Assembly: GCF_009914755.1 (NCBI RefSeq)
Contig: NC_060938.1
Source of the DNA: the human T2T-CHM13v2.0 reference genome, Homo sapiens
Reading direction: 5' to 3' (one strand)
DNA: 64,000 nt
This document shows positions 39,620 to 53,340 of the stretch, one piece after another. Below the pieces are notes generated by a model. The model searched no databases. It was not told the DNA's origin and worked only from the letters and a program-made list of their open reading frames with translations. The position numbers and the translations under genes are program-made. Position 1 is the first letter of the stretch. Every line of letters begins with the position of its first letter.

Positions 39620-41766
39620 TAGACTATCTGGATGCCCACAAGACTGCACTCCCTTCAAATGCTGTGGGAGAAGAGTCCTCCCCAATGTCTTCCAGCTTCT
39701 GGTGGTTCCAGGCATTCCTTGGCTTGGACACATATTCATTTATTTATGTGTCTCACTGGATTATGAGTCCTGGAGAACAGGGAATATGTCTAATACATGT
39801 TTGAATTTCCAGAACCCAATTGTAGATCTAGCACCATAGAGGGTGGCCAGTAAAGATTTGAAGCATAAATGAGTCAATGAATGCATGGGTGAATGAATGT
39901 ATAATGTGGGATGATCTCTCTTCATGGGCAGCCAAGTTGCTAATCATTTGGACTCCTTTCTACATGAGTGGAGTTTTCTTGTCCTTTGTTTTGGAGGAAA
40001 TGAACCTTATTTGTGATTTGTATTTTGATAGCCTAATAAGGATTTTCTCAATTGCTGGAGGGCTGTAGGCGTTGATGAGCTCACAGGTGTCTTTTAGCAC
40101 TAACATTATGTATTTTCTTTTTGCTATTTGACCCTGTGATCTGCTTCCAAGACTAATGGGTTGCTTTTTGGATTAACTGTATTAATCGATGTGCTGTAGA
40201 GATGTGATTGCTGTAAGCACCTTTCATCGGGAGGAAGGTGAATGAAGAACTCGGGCCTTTGGAAAATACATCCATGTGGCCTGTGTGCTGGGTCATGTAA
40301 CATGTGTGTTTGCATAGATTGCATCTTCATAAACATCCCTTTTATGCCATCATGGTTTAAGTTAAAAAAGAATTTCATTGGCAAAGTGATTAGCTGCAGG
40401 GGGCAAAAATCATTCCAGTGAATACTGTTTTTCCCTTTGATACATCTCCAAATTGATGTTTCCATCTCATTGTTTTTGTATTTGTTTTTTAACTTTATCT
40501 AAAGATTTTTTTAAAATGAGAATTATTTAACAAAAGGCAAACTCTCACCACTTTCTTATGTAAAGCTGATGTGACAATGCAAGTGTCAACAAGAGGGCAA
40601 GATCCGTCTCAGGGAAATCTTGAAACCTCTAAGTGGAATTTGCATAAAATAGTTCTGGTATTATTATTCACTATTCTTTCCCTGACAGATATGTCAAGGC
40701 CTTGAAACCTAAAAGAACAATTATGCTATTGTATCTCTCAGAGGATTCAAGGGGTGTGTCTTTGGTGGAAAAAGTGCTATTAGAGCTTTGAAAGCCGTTA
40801 AAAGGCAACCCAAGGGACTCTTTAGCTAGTCATTTTATAAAGAATGCCTCTGCTTTAAGTGTCTTAAAGTACGTTTATTCAACTCTTACTTTCGGCTTAA
40901 AAAAACCCTGCTAATAATTAATGTCTGTACATTTTTTAAACGTTTGCATTAGCTATAAATAAAAACTTTAGATGGAGTCATCATTAAGTTTAACTATGAT
41001 TCTTGTGTGATGGGACCTGTACCTTTGTCAAATGCCTTGCAACAAATTACCTGTAAGCTTTTTTTAAAAATTATTTTTTATTTAGCTAGCATAGTGGAAG
41101 CCATTGCCATAACCAATTATGGAGCAAATCAGGAACTAATCAGTAAATTCTTTCCCTGCATAAGCTGGCTTAACGTAACATGTCTGAACATTAAAAAAGA
41201 AACATTGATAAGGCATGTCTCGTTGCAGCTGGATGGGGTGCGGTAGGCAGTGATCCGACTTTAATTTCCTCTGAAACCTGCTGATTAGGTTATTCTCTGG
41301 TTAGGCTGGGTTTCCCTGGAAAAAGGCAATGCCAACTTTTGATGAGAACAGTTTTGAAATTCAAGAAAGACACAGAAAGGCACAAAATGCTTCTGTCACT
41401 TAAGGTGATAAAGCCAGTACCGAAAATGAATGAACCAGGAAAAACTTCAGTCAAAATGCTGCAAAGACGGTGCGGTCAGGGAAATTTTGATTCCAATGAC
41501 CAAGAACTAATAATATTCACTGGCATGGATGAGTGCTCTGTGTTTTTAACAAGCGGTAAAGTGGTGTTCATTTTGTATACTTTAAACAATCCCAAGATGT
41601 TATTCATTTATTTTCATGGGTGTGTTCTTTCACTTCATAGTTTTTGGGAGTGAGAGGTGCCCTTGAATCCATCTACTTGGACCTACTGTTTTATGGATAA
41701 GAAAAGGAAGATTCAAGATGGGTAAACTGAGTCCAGTTATCCAGTGATGAAGGACGGAAGAGACCT

Positions 41767-42165
41767 GTGTAGGCTGTGAATACCCCCAATATCCATGCCT
41801 CCTCTTCCATAGTTACAGAATTCTGGCTGACGCAAGGGTAACCTTAATACTGTGCATTTTCCCACAGTCCTGTGTAGCTATGCAAAGCCATGTGCTATGG
41901 GTCCAGCCTGATAAAAGTGAAAGTGGCCTGTAAAATTCCTGGAAAACACTCCGATTTTCTCTTCCACTAGCACAGGACCAGCCACCTTGGAAATGGAGGC
42001 ATATACAGAGTATAGCAACATAGAAGGAGACTGACTCCATAGGGCACCATCCCAATCCTGGCCTGCCTGCCTCCACGTAGGTGAGAGAAAAAAAGCTCTG
42101 ATTGCTTAGGTCACTGTAATTTTGGGTCTAGTTCCTCGCATCCATACTTTACCTTAAACAAATGT
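41767..42165 (+). mobile_element. Old MLT1 (I/J-like) LTR
   Basis: ccaatatccatgcctcctcttccatagttacagaa...cctggcctgcctgcctcc...gtgagagaaaaaaagctctgattgcttaggtcactgtaattttggg. Confidence 0.6.
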
Positions 42166-42187
42166 AGTAACTACTGAAAGTGCTCCA

Positions 42188-42502
42188 GGCCGGGTGCAGT
42201 GGCTCATGTCTGTAATCCCAGCACTTTGGGAGGCTAAGGCGGGCAGATTACTTGAGGTCAGGAGTTTGAGGTCAGCCTGGCCAGCATGGTGAAACCCCAT
42301 CTGTACTAAAAATACAAAAAAAAAAAAAAAAAAATTAGCCGGGCATAGTGGCGCATGCCTGTAGTCCTAGCTACCTGGGAGGCTGAGGTAGAAGAATAGC
42401 TTGAACTTGGGAGGCGGAAGTTGCAGTGAGCAGAGATTGTGCCACTGCGCTCCAGCCTGGGCGACAGAGCAAGACTCCACCTCAAAAAAAAAAAAAAAAA
42501 AA
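42188..42502 (+). mobile_element. AluSx/Sz-like, expanded central A-linker
   Basis: Full dimer; TSD aaagtgctcc. Confidence 0.95.
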
Positions 42503-44123
42503 AAAGTGCTCCTTTGGCTCCAAGAAGTGTGCTGAATGGGTTACTTCTGTCAACCTTTTCCAAGCATGGTGGCAACACAGCTAGAATCTAGTGGTCTTAA
42601 GCACCCTACTGGATGCTGTTCCCCCAATGGACAATGGTGTCATTTACTTAGGAATCTCAAGCACCCAGCAGAATCTGATACTCAGAAAGTGCTCAATCAA
42701 ATTTTATAAGAGTTCAATGAATGAATAACACTATATGTAAGGATTCTAGATTGTCTCTCTGCTATACCACATGGTACCCTGGTTGTACTCGGTGGAGAAG
42801 TACAAGTTTAAGCTCGAAATTTTGTCCTGATCCCTGTCTCAATGTATTGTTTGATGACAAAATGATTCACTAAAGCCTTGTGGATTTGTCTCTTGCTTGT
42901 TCTTTTTTCTTTTTCCTTTCTGGTATTGTTGCATTTCAATATGATATAAACAGAGCATAAATCTTGGCTCTTGCCAACTGCTGTTTGGTTGGAATTGCCT
43001 GTATTGTCTTGACATTTGTTGAAGTCTTTAAATTAACAGAGGAAAGAATTGATTTTAAAAATGGCATTTGCATTAAGAGTTATAAATGGGCAATTTGGGA
43101 AGCATGAAGACAGATATGGAAAGTTATGCACAAATACTACAATTAGCATAGCAGTGGGGTCTTGACTCCATGAAATATACAGTCTTGTACATTCCTCGGG
43201 GACATATGTTATGTAGAGTATATGTGTGGCATCATTTGTATATCCAAGACTCATAGGTGAGCCAGAGGGTCACTTCCAACCTGGACAAGCTACAAAATCT
43301 CAGATTATTGGTGGATTTCAGGCCTGTTTTCCCCCCTGATGTCTTGAGTTTTCAAATACCTTTGTAATGGTTTTGGACAGACCTTATTTTTATATGGGAT
43401 TAATGGCTGGCTCTTTTCAGGATCCCAGCTCAAGAAAATCTCACCGTACCCACAGGGTGAAAAGCACTGCCAGGATCCCAGAATCATTAGATCTAGAACC
43501 TGGACTATCTATCTTCAATTGCTTGGCACCTCCATTTTCTCAACTCCCTTAGCTGTTGACCTCTGTTTGTCTCTTAAAGTCACCGATGGCTTGATTCATC
43601 TCCTGGCTCAAGAGTTTCCTTGATCCTGACAACTCATGTCTTCGCTCAATTATTCATTTAACTATTGTCTACCCTCTACTCACAGGTATGGTGCAGAGTG
43701 GGAGAGAGGGAGATGAATAAGACCTAATCCCTTCCCTTAGGAGAGCTCATAGACTAGTAAGGATGCAGACAAAGAAAGAGGTGATTCCAATAAGATGGAG
43801 TGAGGCTGGCCAAGGGGAGCAAAGGAAGGCTTGGAGACCTCGTAGGAGTTAACCAGGGAAAGAGGAGATGGCCAGGGTGAAGGAAAGAGAAAGGCAAGAG
43901 ATTCTGAGTAGGGCACTTTAGAAAAAGTTTTAAGACGGCATCAGAACATGCTGCAAAGTCAGAAAGGAAACTTTAGAAGGACTACAAATATGTAGTCCTT
44001 GGGTTGTATAGACTTGGGTTTCCAAATATTTAGAAAGCTGTGTCTGTTTTTAATTATTATTATTAGTAGTAGTAGTGTTAGCAGTAGTAATAGTAGCATA
44101 TATCCAGTATAAGAAACTCATAA

Positions 44124-44438
<315 letters not shown>

Positions 44439-44739
44439 TCAGAGCAGAGTCCTGATGGCTGTTCTAAGCAGACACAATATTGATCTCTGGCTATAGGTTT
44501 AACATCTGTAGGTGGATGAAGGGTGGCAAGTTCAATGATATACCCACAGGTAAACTAGTTTGTTGCTTCCTTTTTCGATCATACAATTCTAGAAACATAT
44601 TCCTATTTCAAAGACATCAACAAGTTAGGATACAAATCACATGGCAATGCAAGGGCTTACTTTTCTTGATTCTTGCTACCCACAAATACTACAATATGAG
44701 AAATTCCAGTACATCTTTACCATCACGAGCATTAAAAAT

Positions 44740-44970
44740 AATAACAATAAACACAATGAACACTTCTGTAGCTTTCCCCGCTTGCCAAGCACCATTTCAG
44801 GGCTTTTATTACTCACTTAGCTTCTCTACAGCTCTGTAAGATTTAAAGCATTGTTATCCCCATTTTTCAAGGTGAGGAAACTAAGGTGGAGGCATTAAGG
44901 TCTCTTCACTGAGTTCACTCAGTAAGTGAGGGAACCAGGATTTGAACTCAGGGCTCCTGAGTCCAGAGCA
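44740..44970 (-). mobile_element. MIR SINE
   Basis: ttatccccatttttcaaggtgaggaaactaagg...ccaggatttgaactcagg. Confidence 0.75.
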
Positions 44971-47118
44971 AAAGCTACAATTCCCTCAGTGCTGCTGCAG
45001 AAAGATGCTCTAATCTTTTGCCTTATCCCCATTTTACAGGCTAGGACACTAAGCCCAGCAATAGTAGATAATAATCAACCTCTGGTCATGCATTTGGCAG
45101 TGCTGTAGCTAGAATGGTCCTTTTGTTCTCTCCAAAATCTAGGCTTTTTGAAATGCAAAATTCTGCATTAATATTGCAAATTACCTGGGCAGCTTTTATT
45201 TTGGGGAATGGGAGTATGTCAACAGGTGGTTGACATTTTTCACCTGAAAAATCTGGGGATTTGTCATTGTGTGGGTGTCGTCCGCCCTCTGCCATCCCTT
45301 TTCACTCTCTGACTCATCTCCAAGTCTCTCTTTCTATTCCTAGCCTCTTTCTTCTCCCCAGTTCCCCTTCACCACACGACTGTGAAGATGTCAGCCATCA
45401 GATTTGCTTCCCTTCCTGTTTTCCAATGTCTCCTTGACCCCGGAAAGCTCCCCGAAGCTCAGCCTCAGCTCACCTTCTCCTGTGACTGTCCCGCCCACTC
45501 CTGTGCCAGCAGGAGCCTGCAGAGCCCCACTCAAGCTGTCCAAGTTAAACTTTAAGCAGCACCAGTCAGACGATGAATCGTGGCATGATGGGAAACTTAA
45601 GTTATCAAAAGAACTTTTAAGTAGTCTGCAGTGCAAGCTGAAGTTGAACTTGTTGGGTGAATAAAAAGTAGCAAGGTAGACAGTACATGGGCAATGTATT
45701 GAGTCAAAGCGTTCAAAAGATAGGAGAAACCTTTAAAAAAGATTTTAGGAGTAAGATTTAGCAACCTGGGGATATGGGATAAAAAAGCAACTGCACAATT
45801 GTTGGGTAGAGATAACCCTCACTGAGTCCAGACACCTTGCTTCTAGGATAATTTCTCCTCCTACCTAATTAGGTAACCTTTGCTGATATTTCTAAATTGT
45901 ATTATTTTCAGTTTCACTGACCTTAAGAAAACCCTCCTTATAAGAATATTTTAATGCACATTTTGCAGTTTTTCTTCTACTCTAAAATCTATAGATACTC
46001 AAAGTTGAAAATTTAAAATCAATTGAAAAGTAGAAAGAAGAAAGAGACCCCTCTGTAAAGACTCACCACGCATTTAATATTTTAGACCCACCATGCATGT
46101 TGTATTTTCGTCTAATCTTCTACATGGAGTAATCTGTTGTTTGAGCTGCTTAATGCACATGAAGACATGCAATATATATAACATGCATTTGGTCCAAGGT
46201 ATTGCAAACTCTTCCTACATGCAGTTTTAAGACCTCAAAGCGGTTTACCTGCAAGCTGTGACTTTTATGCTATTTCTTTTCTGTCCACTTATTCCAATAG
46301 AACTGCTTCTGCACAGCTTCCCAATTCAGGAGGAAACAGTAGCACGTCCAGAAGGTAGTTGGGGGAGCCAGTGAAGGGACAGTTCACCATGTAAGAGATG
46401 GCAACACAGCCAGCGACTAGCAACTGTGGGGCTGCTACACCACTGGGCCCGAAGGGGTGGCAGAGCAGGCAGTAGCCAGAGTTCAAAGAAAGCTAAAACC
46501 ACAGGAGGGGAGAGGGCAGTCCTGCAGGAGGAAGCCCAACGCTGCAGTCTGCGCCCGTGGAGTCCTCATGAGGACAATTTTGACTGCCTTTGTCCTGATC
46601 CCTCTCTCCACTGTGGCTCAAAACCAGCTCAAGGATTCATTAGCTATTTGGAAAGTTTATCGAAACAAAATCAAACAAAAATCAGGTTCAAAAGTGAGTA
46701 CAGAGAACAGCCGTAATTCTATCTCTCCAGAGTTCTTGTCTTCCCTCCTGTTTCCTTCAAACAAGCCACTGCATTGCTCTCCCATTTTCCTTTGTAAAAA
46801 TGGTATGTGGAAGAGGGTTATTGCAGCAGGGTTTAAATATGAAAACAGTTGCTGCAGACAAGGCCCTCCAGATATGCAACCTGGCGTTTCTTCAAGAGCA
46901 GATTCTACATGGAGAGGTGCAGCAGAAGCAATGATGCTCAGGACATGGCACTGGACCACTTGCCCCACGTCTGTGGGATCCTGAGTAGGAACCAGCATTT
47001 TAACAAGTTCTTCCGTCTCTGAAGCTTCTCCAGCACAGCTAATCTGAAAGCCACTGAGCCAGAGGTCAAGAGAGGAGAGATCCTCCGAGACATACAAGGC
47101 AACCTCACTTGACCCCAG

Positions 47119-47231
47119 CAGGGTGACCAGGCATCCTGGTTCACCTAGAAAGGAGTTCCGAGATGTGGGACTTTCAGTGTTAAAACCAGGAAGGTTCCAG
47201 GCAAACCAGGAAGTAAGTGTTGGTCACCCTA
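47119..47231 (-). mobile_element. MER81-like (hAT-Blackjack MITE)
   Basis: TIRs agggtgacca / tggtcaccct; internal gggactttcagtgttaaaacc; about 113 bp. Confidence 0.85.
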
Positions 47232-48709
47232 ACTCCAAGTTTGCTAAGTAACAAATCCACAATGTCATGTCAAGCTGTTCTGTCTTTACCGCATCTTTGG
47301 GGAACCTATGGTTAGCCTGGGTCTTGTGACCGTCACAAGAGTTAGGTGAGATGAGGTGTGAATCTCTGCATTCCAGTAGAGGAAACTGACACCTAAGGAG
47401 ATTTAGGAAGTCACCTGAGATAGGATCAACTAGGCCTAGTTTTCACCTGGGTCTGGATCTAGTCACTCAGGTGGGCTCAAACTTAACTCCAACACCACCA
47501 GCCAGTTCCCACAAGATGGTACTCTAGTGAACAAGTCTGTCTACACTGGAACAGGATTTTCTTGTGGTTTCTTTTCAACACCAGAATTTCCAAGTTCTCT
47601 GAATATGGGAGGTACCCTATAAATATTTGTTGGCTCAACAAATAGAGGAAAAACTCAATGAAGTCTCTTTCAAAATACACATAGGTGGTTATTTTTCCAT
47701 ATCGCTTCTCGGCTCTGCTCTAAACTCCGTGAATGTGGGATTGTGCCTGTCTATCTGCCACGGTACCTATACCTACAAGAACATCAGAGACAGCATGGTT
47801 ACACAATACAGGCTTGCTGGATTTGTTGACTTGAAGGCAAAGTGCAGACTTTAGGCCAAAGGAGTTGATTTTGGCCACCTGGAACACACAACAGAAAGTG
47901 CTCTTGAGGCAATAGTCCGTGGCACTATAATAGTTTACCCTGATGGGAACTGCTTGGAGCTTAGGACAATAAAACCCTATTCTGAGGCTGGTTTTTCATG
48001 TGCAATACTGAGATGTTCTGAAGGAGGCCAGGCAGAGATTCTCACAAGGAAAAACAGTGTCCAGCTTCTTTAACTTACAATTCTTGGCCCATCTCCTGGG
48101 TGCAGCTGAGCCATTGACTCTTGGCTGCTCATGGCGGTTGGAATTCCTTGAGAACAAATCTGATTTCAGAGGAGAGAGCATTTCACAACTGATGTCCAAA
48201 CATTTTCCAAACAAATTTGATCTTGTTCATTTTCCAGGAGAGGTGCTGGGGCTTCCATCACCTCTCTCCCTTTGGTCTCCATCTCTGGGGCAGAGGCCAA
48301 GCTCTCAACATCTTAGCAGAGTCGGAAACTTGAATTAATGCTATTTCTGGCTGAAAAATGATTTGGTGGCATCAAGCCCAGTTATGATGTTGAAATACAG
48401 AAGTGGATGAATACAAAACATGATGCGTAGACTTTAGAGGAGAGAGGGTGGAGTAAGGCAAGGAGACATCCCCAGCTAAACACCATGGTCTCTGTGGACA
48501 AAGCATCACCCGGCATGTTCAGAGTTGGAGAATTACTACAAATGGGACCCTCCCCAGTGTGAATGGTTCTTACCACTCTCAAAGTCAGACTACAAACAAA
48601 GCTAAAATAATGCAGAATGTTTTTTTCTGCCAGGACTGGAAAACTTGTTTTTTGCCACTAAACCAAGGGGAGTTCTGATTACATCTAGTGATATAAAATA
48701 AAATTATAT

Positions 48710-49000
48710 GGGTCCGGTGGCTCACACCTGTAATCTTAGCACTTTGGGAGGCTGAGGCAGGAGGATTGCTTGAGACCAGGAGTTAGAGACCAGCCTGGAT
48801 AACACAGAATGATCTTGTCCTGCCAAAAATACAAAATTATACAAAAAATGTAAAAATTAACTAAGCATGATGGCTCATACCTGTAGTCCTAGCTACTCAG
48901 GAGGCTGAGGCAGGAGGATTGCTTGAGCTCAGAGTTCAAGGCTGCAGCGAGCCATGACTGCACCACTGGATACTAGCCTGGGTGACAGAAGAGACCTGAC
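48710..49000 (+). mobile_element. AluJ lacking a poly-A tail
   Basis: ggaggattgcttgag in both arms and agttcaaggctgcagcgagccatga; ends gagacctgac with no A tract. Confidence 0.9.
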
Positions 49001-50034
49001 TTGGGTTTGGCTGCTGCCTGTGTCTGAATTTTTTGGGGTGAGGGAAAGCTTCCTATGGAGGTGAGCTTGCTACTAATAAGTTGGAGCTGTCTTCAGGTCC
49101 CTAGATATGGTATTGTTAAATCACATAACTACTTTTTTTTAACCTTTGCTGGGTCAAGAGCCCTTTTGAAATATAAACACAAAATTTTATCTAAAGATCT
49201 GAATTTCTGTTCCCCACATGCAGGTCTCTGAGCCTCTAGACAGAGACCTTGCTCATCTTTGAGCATCATTCATGTGGTATCAGTTTACTTCCCCATCTGT
49301 TCTTGGACCTCAGTTTCCCCACCTGTGAAATGAAGGTGTTGGACCCAATGATCTAATGTCCCACCAGCAGTGAGTAGATTCTGTGGCGGGAGGTCCATAG
49401 GTCTGTGTGTTGGAAAGGCTGAGAGTGGCTTAGGGGAATAGGACCAGACTGAGCTGGAGGGATTTTCGTCCAGAGTTGCCACCTGAAGAATTTCCCCCGA
49501 AGGCTACAGCACCAAAAATAACTTGCATTTCTGTTCTTGTCACATGACTGAGTGAAGACTCTGGAATCACAGAAAGAAACAAAAACAAAAACAACAACAA
49601 AAAACAAAACAGTTGTAGAGCCACAGCTTGATAGCTTGATAAACGCAGGATACTCCATCTCTTGCCAACTCCGTCAGCGCTTCCTCACTGTTTGCCTCCC
49701 AGCAACACTCAAGGGCAATCATTCTCCTCTATGAAGCCGGCCGGGATCTGAGTTCTCTATGATTAAGGCATGGGCTCTCTGGGCTGCCTCCATCTGAGCA
49801 GTGGCCACCCCCAGGCTGGGCCTTGAAGCTGCCCCCATGGACACGCTCTGGCTTTGGACTTGCTCAAGTCTGGAGTCAGTTTACTCCGGGTCAAGGCTCC
49901 TTTTAGATCTGCTGCATTCAGAACAAAATGGGTCATTCCACCTTTTTTCTTGGTTTTTCCCTAGGGATGAGAGTCGTTTTACACTGGTATTTGCTTGCTT
50001 GAGAAGCATTTCATTAAAAAACAAATAAGTTGGC

Positions 50035-50242
50035 TGCACACATGTATACACAAATGAGTAAAACGGAGGAAATCTGAATATGGTCAGCAGGTTGTATGAA
50101 CGTCTATTTCCTGGATGTGTTACGATGTTAGAGTTACGCAGGACACTGCACTGGGAAGGGCATGCTGGATCTCTTTGTATTACTGCTTACAACTGCATCC
50201 TAATCTCCAATGATCTCCAAAGAAAAAGTTTAATTAAAAAAA
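50035..50242 (+). mobile_element. Old L1 (L1MC/MD-like) 3' end
   Basis: ggaaatctgaata...ggatctctttgtattactgcttacaactgcat...aaaaagtttaattaaaaaa. Confidence 0.7.
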
Positions 50243-51942
50243 TAGGTGGTACTGACTATATGGTCCCAAGAACCATATTGTGTTTTTTATTAAGGTCAGG
50301 ATATAAATGAATTAAATACATCTGACAAACAAGTGGAACTTGTTTGCAGGGAACTTCCACGGCAAGGTTGACTTATATAATGTATGTACTGATGTACTGG
50401 AGTTTTTTTTTTTTTTTTTTTTTCGATCTGGGGGAGAATTATAACCTCTTCGATTAAATCTTATGGGCCCTTTCCCCTCACAGGTATGTGTGTGCATATG
50501 TGTGTGAGCCCATGCATGTGTGCACACACACTCACACATGCTCATACTTTCAGAGGTGGGTCATCAGTAGAGTCCACTCAAGCACCCCCATAGAAGAGAG
50601 AAGAACAGTGCAGGGGAGACCTTGGCACTCCCAACAATCTTAGTGCCCTGTCTCCAAGTGGAATAACTTGGCTTTTATTAGTTTCATATTTCAGATATTT
50701 GTTTAAGGTTTCATTTGGAAAAGGGGTTTCTCTGCTTTAAAAGCAATTTAAAATCCACTGATGCATTAGAAATAAAAGAGCAGGGGATGAGATCTGGGGG
50801 ACAGGACCTGCCTTTAAGACCCCGGTTTGAGATTTACTAGCTACGTAATTTTCCTCATTAAGCGTCAGTTTCCTCCTCTCCAAATCAGTTTTGGGAGGTG
50901 AGTGGGAAGGAACTCTGCTTCACAGGTGTGCTGTGTGAATTTAGTGCCTGTTCTGCCTCCAGCACAAAGTCTAGTCTGTTGTTTTGTTGGCACTGGACAA
51001 AGCTTTGCTGTCAGCCAGAGGAGGTCTAGGAGGTCGGTCAACGGGCTCCACCTTTGCTTTTGTGAAATTGGCCCAACAGTTCCTGTCCTTCTTCACCAGA
51101 GGGGGAAGGAATCCATGACCCAGCCCAGACCCTCCATTCTTTCTTTCTGCTGCCAAGAAAAAAAAAAAAATGCTGACAAGCAGGGGGAAAAAATAACACT
51201 TGCAAAACTTTCCCTACTCTTGGGGAATTTACTTTGAAATTTGTGCCGGATAGAGTAATTAGTAAACTTGCTCTTAATAGTGTTGCGAAGATGTAATTTT
51301 TTCACACCTTCCCTGACTTTGACACTGCGGCTTTTGAAACTTCATTTTGCACTGTGCCTCATTGTTCTTTAATCTGCTGCACTCTGCATTGAGTATCACG
51401 GAAATTTCGCACTTACCATGTCAATAACATCTGGCAAAATTGCCACCTATTAAGAGTAAGTGTTCTTTTTTCTCCGGTGAGAAATGTGATGGTGTATTAT
51501 ATTGGTTTCCCTTGAGAGGCTAAGGAGACAATTTTAAAGCAGACAAATGCATTAAAGAAATAACCTGAACTCTAAGAAAAGGTTATGGAAAGTCAGAAAC
51601 TTTTCCCCCCTTGTTCTTGGTTTATTTATTTATTTATTTATGGGGAGGAGGGAGTACAAGCAGCTGCCTCACGAAGTGAAGGTGCTTTTTGCCTGCAACG
51701 ATGCACCCCTCTGTGTCGGAATGGGTTGCGTCTGCTGTCTCCTCTGGAGCTGTATTTCCCCATCCAGCTCTAAACTAAATCGGAGCATTTCCTCACCTAA
51801 GCCCTTTGTAGGGCACACCTGTTGGGGATGGCACCAGGTCCCTGCTCCTCTCAGCCATAGTGAGAAAGGCAATGAGAAGTGCCTTTGAGTCAGGCTCAAC
51901 CACCTATTTGCAGGGTAGCATCAGGCATGTCATTGAACTTTC

Positions 51943-52571
51943 TTTTTTTTTTTTCTTTTATTATTATACTTTAAGTTTTAGGGTACATGTGCACATTGTG
52001 CAGGTTAGTTACATATGTATACATGTGCCATGCTGGTGTGCTGCACCCACTAACTCGTCATCTAGCATTAGGTATATCTCCCAATGTTATCCCTCCCCCC
52101 TCCTCCCACCCCACCACAGTCCCCAGAGTGTGATGTTCCCCTTCCTGTGTCCATGTGATCTCATTGTTCAATTCCCACCTATGAGTGAGAATATGCGGTG
52201 TTTGGTTTTTTGTTCTTGCAATAGTTTACTGAGAATGATGATTTCCAATTTCATCCATGTCCCTACAAAGGACATGAACTCATCATTTTTTATGGCTGCA
52301 TAGTATTCCATGGTGTATATGTGCCACATTTTCTTAATCCAGTCTATCATTGTTGGACATTTGGGTTGGTTCCAAGTCTTTGCTACTGTGAATAGTGCCG
52401 CAGTAAACATACGTGTGCATGTGTCTTTATAGCTGCATGATTTATAGTCCTTTGGGTATATACCCAGTAATGGGATGGCTGGGTCAAATGGTATTTCTAG
52501 TTCTAGATCGCTGAGGATTTGCCACACTGACTTCCACAATGGTTGAACTAGTTTACAGTCCCACCAACAGT
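51943..52571 (-). mobile_element. Young L1 3' end (L1PA2-like), 5' truncated, about 630 bp
   Basis: ORF 52168-52539(-) is the ORF2p C-terminus ending HRIFSLIGGN; full 3'UTR and poly-T; cactaactcgtcatc gives GAG at the Ta(ACA)/pre-Ta(ACG) diagnostic site. Confidence 0.95.
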
Positions 52572-53159
52572 TCAGAACCTCTGTCTCCTCCTCTGGACAA
52601 TGAGATCATCACAGCTGCCCTTTAGCACTGGCTTGAGGATGGGGTGTGTTTACCGGGGCCCGCAGGTGAGCAGAGCCTGGAACTGTTAGGACGCTATAGC
52701 ATCGTTAACTCCCCAGTGCTTCTCTGTAGGTGTTTACCGAGAAGGCCACGTTTCCTCTCTCCATGGCTCAGCACTTGGGATTCGCAGACACCTGTGATCC
52801 ATGAATTCAAATCCCCAAATTACACATCAAAACGTCCCAGTGTGACTCCAGAAGGAAGAGGATCATCCTACCTCCTCTCTCCCTAGGCCTCCGGCTCATG
52901 GCCCCATCAAGAGAGCCACCAAGCAGAACAGCCTCATGTTCTATCAGCTGCTCACTAATCACACAGAGGGAAGAAGGAGACCTTCACAAATAATGCTGCA
53001 TCTCCCACTAGGAGACATTCTCTGCCACTGGCATGTTGTCACCTGCCTGGCTACTTTCTGATTCTGAGGATGGGCTGGTGTGGCATGGGCTCTGCTCCCA
53101 GCATGCTTTGAGACAGAGGCAGGCAGGTGCACTGACGTCATCCCGAGGACAGCTGAGCA

Positions 53160-53340
53160 GTACTGAGCACCTGGTGTATGTCAGGTCCCATTCTCAGTGT
53201 ATCCACTCATGGGAATTTCATAACCACCCTTAGGAGGTAGGAAGTCCTGTTGTCCCCATTCCACAGATGGGGAAATGGAGTCACAGAACCGTTGAGAGTT
53301 TCGCCTGAGTTCTCACTAAGCAATTGCAGAGTAAAGATCA
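53160..53340 (-). mobile_element. MIR SINE
   Basis: tttcataaccacccttaggaggtagg...tccccattccacagatggggaaatggagtcacaga. Confidence 0.75.

Noticed and set aside
40780-40830. Faint resemblance to the MER121 core (gaaagccgttaaaaggc)
   Set aside because: Too short and divergent to assign from memory
46457-46984. Longest ORF in the track (175 aa) and overlapping antisense ORF of 146 aa
   Set aside because: Starts at GTG, no recognisable domain, similar-length ORFs on both strands, and the 3' end runs into a MER5-like remnant; consistent with chance in 64 kb
52168-52539. 123-aa ORF with strong protein similarity
   Set aside because: It is the C-terminus of L1 ORF2p in a 5'-truncated insertion with no promoter or RT domain; not a gene
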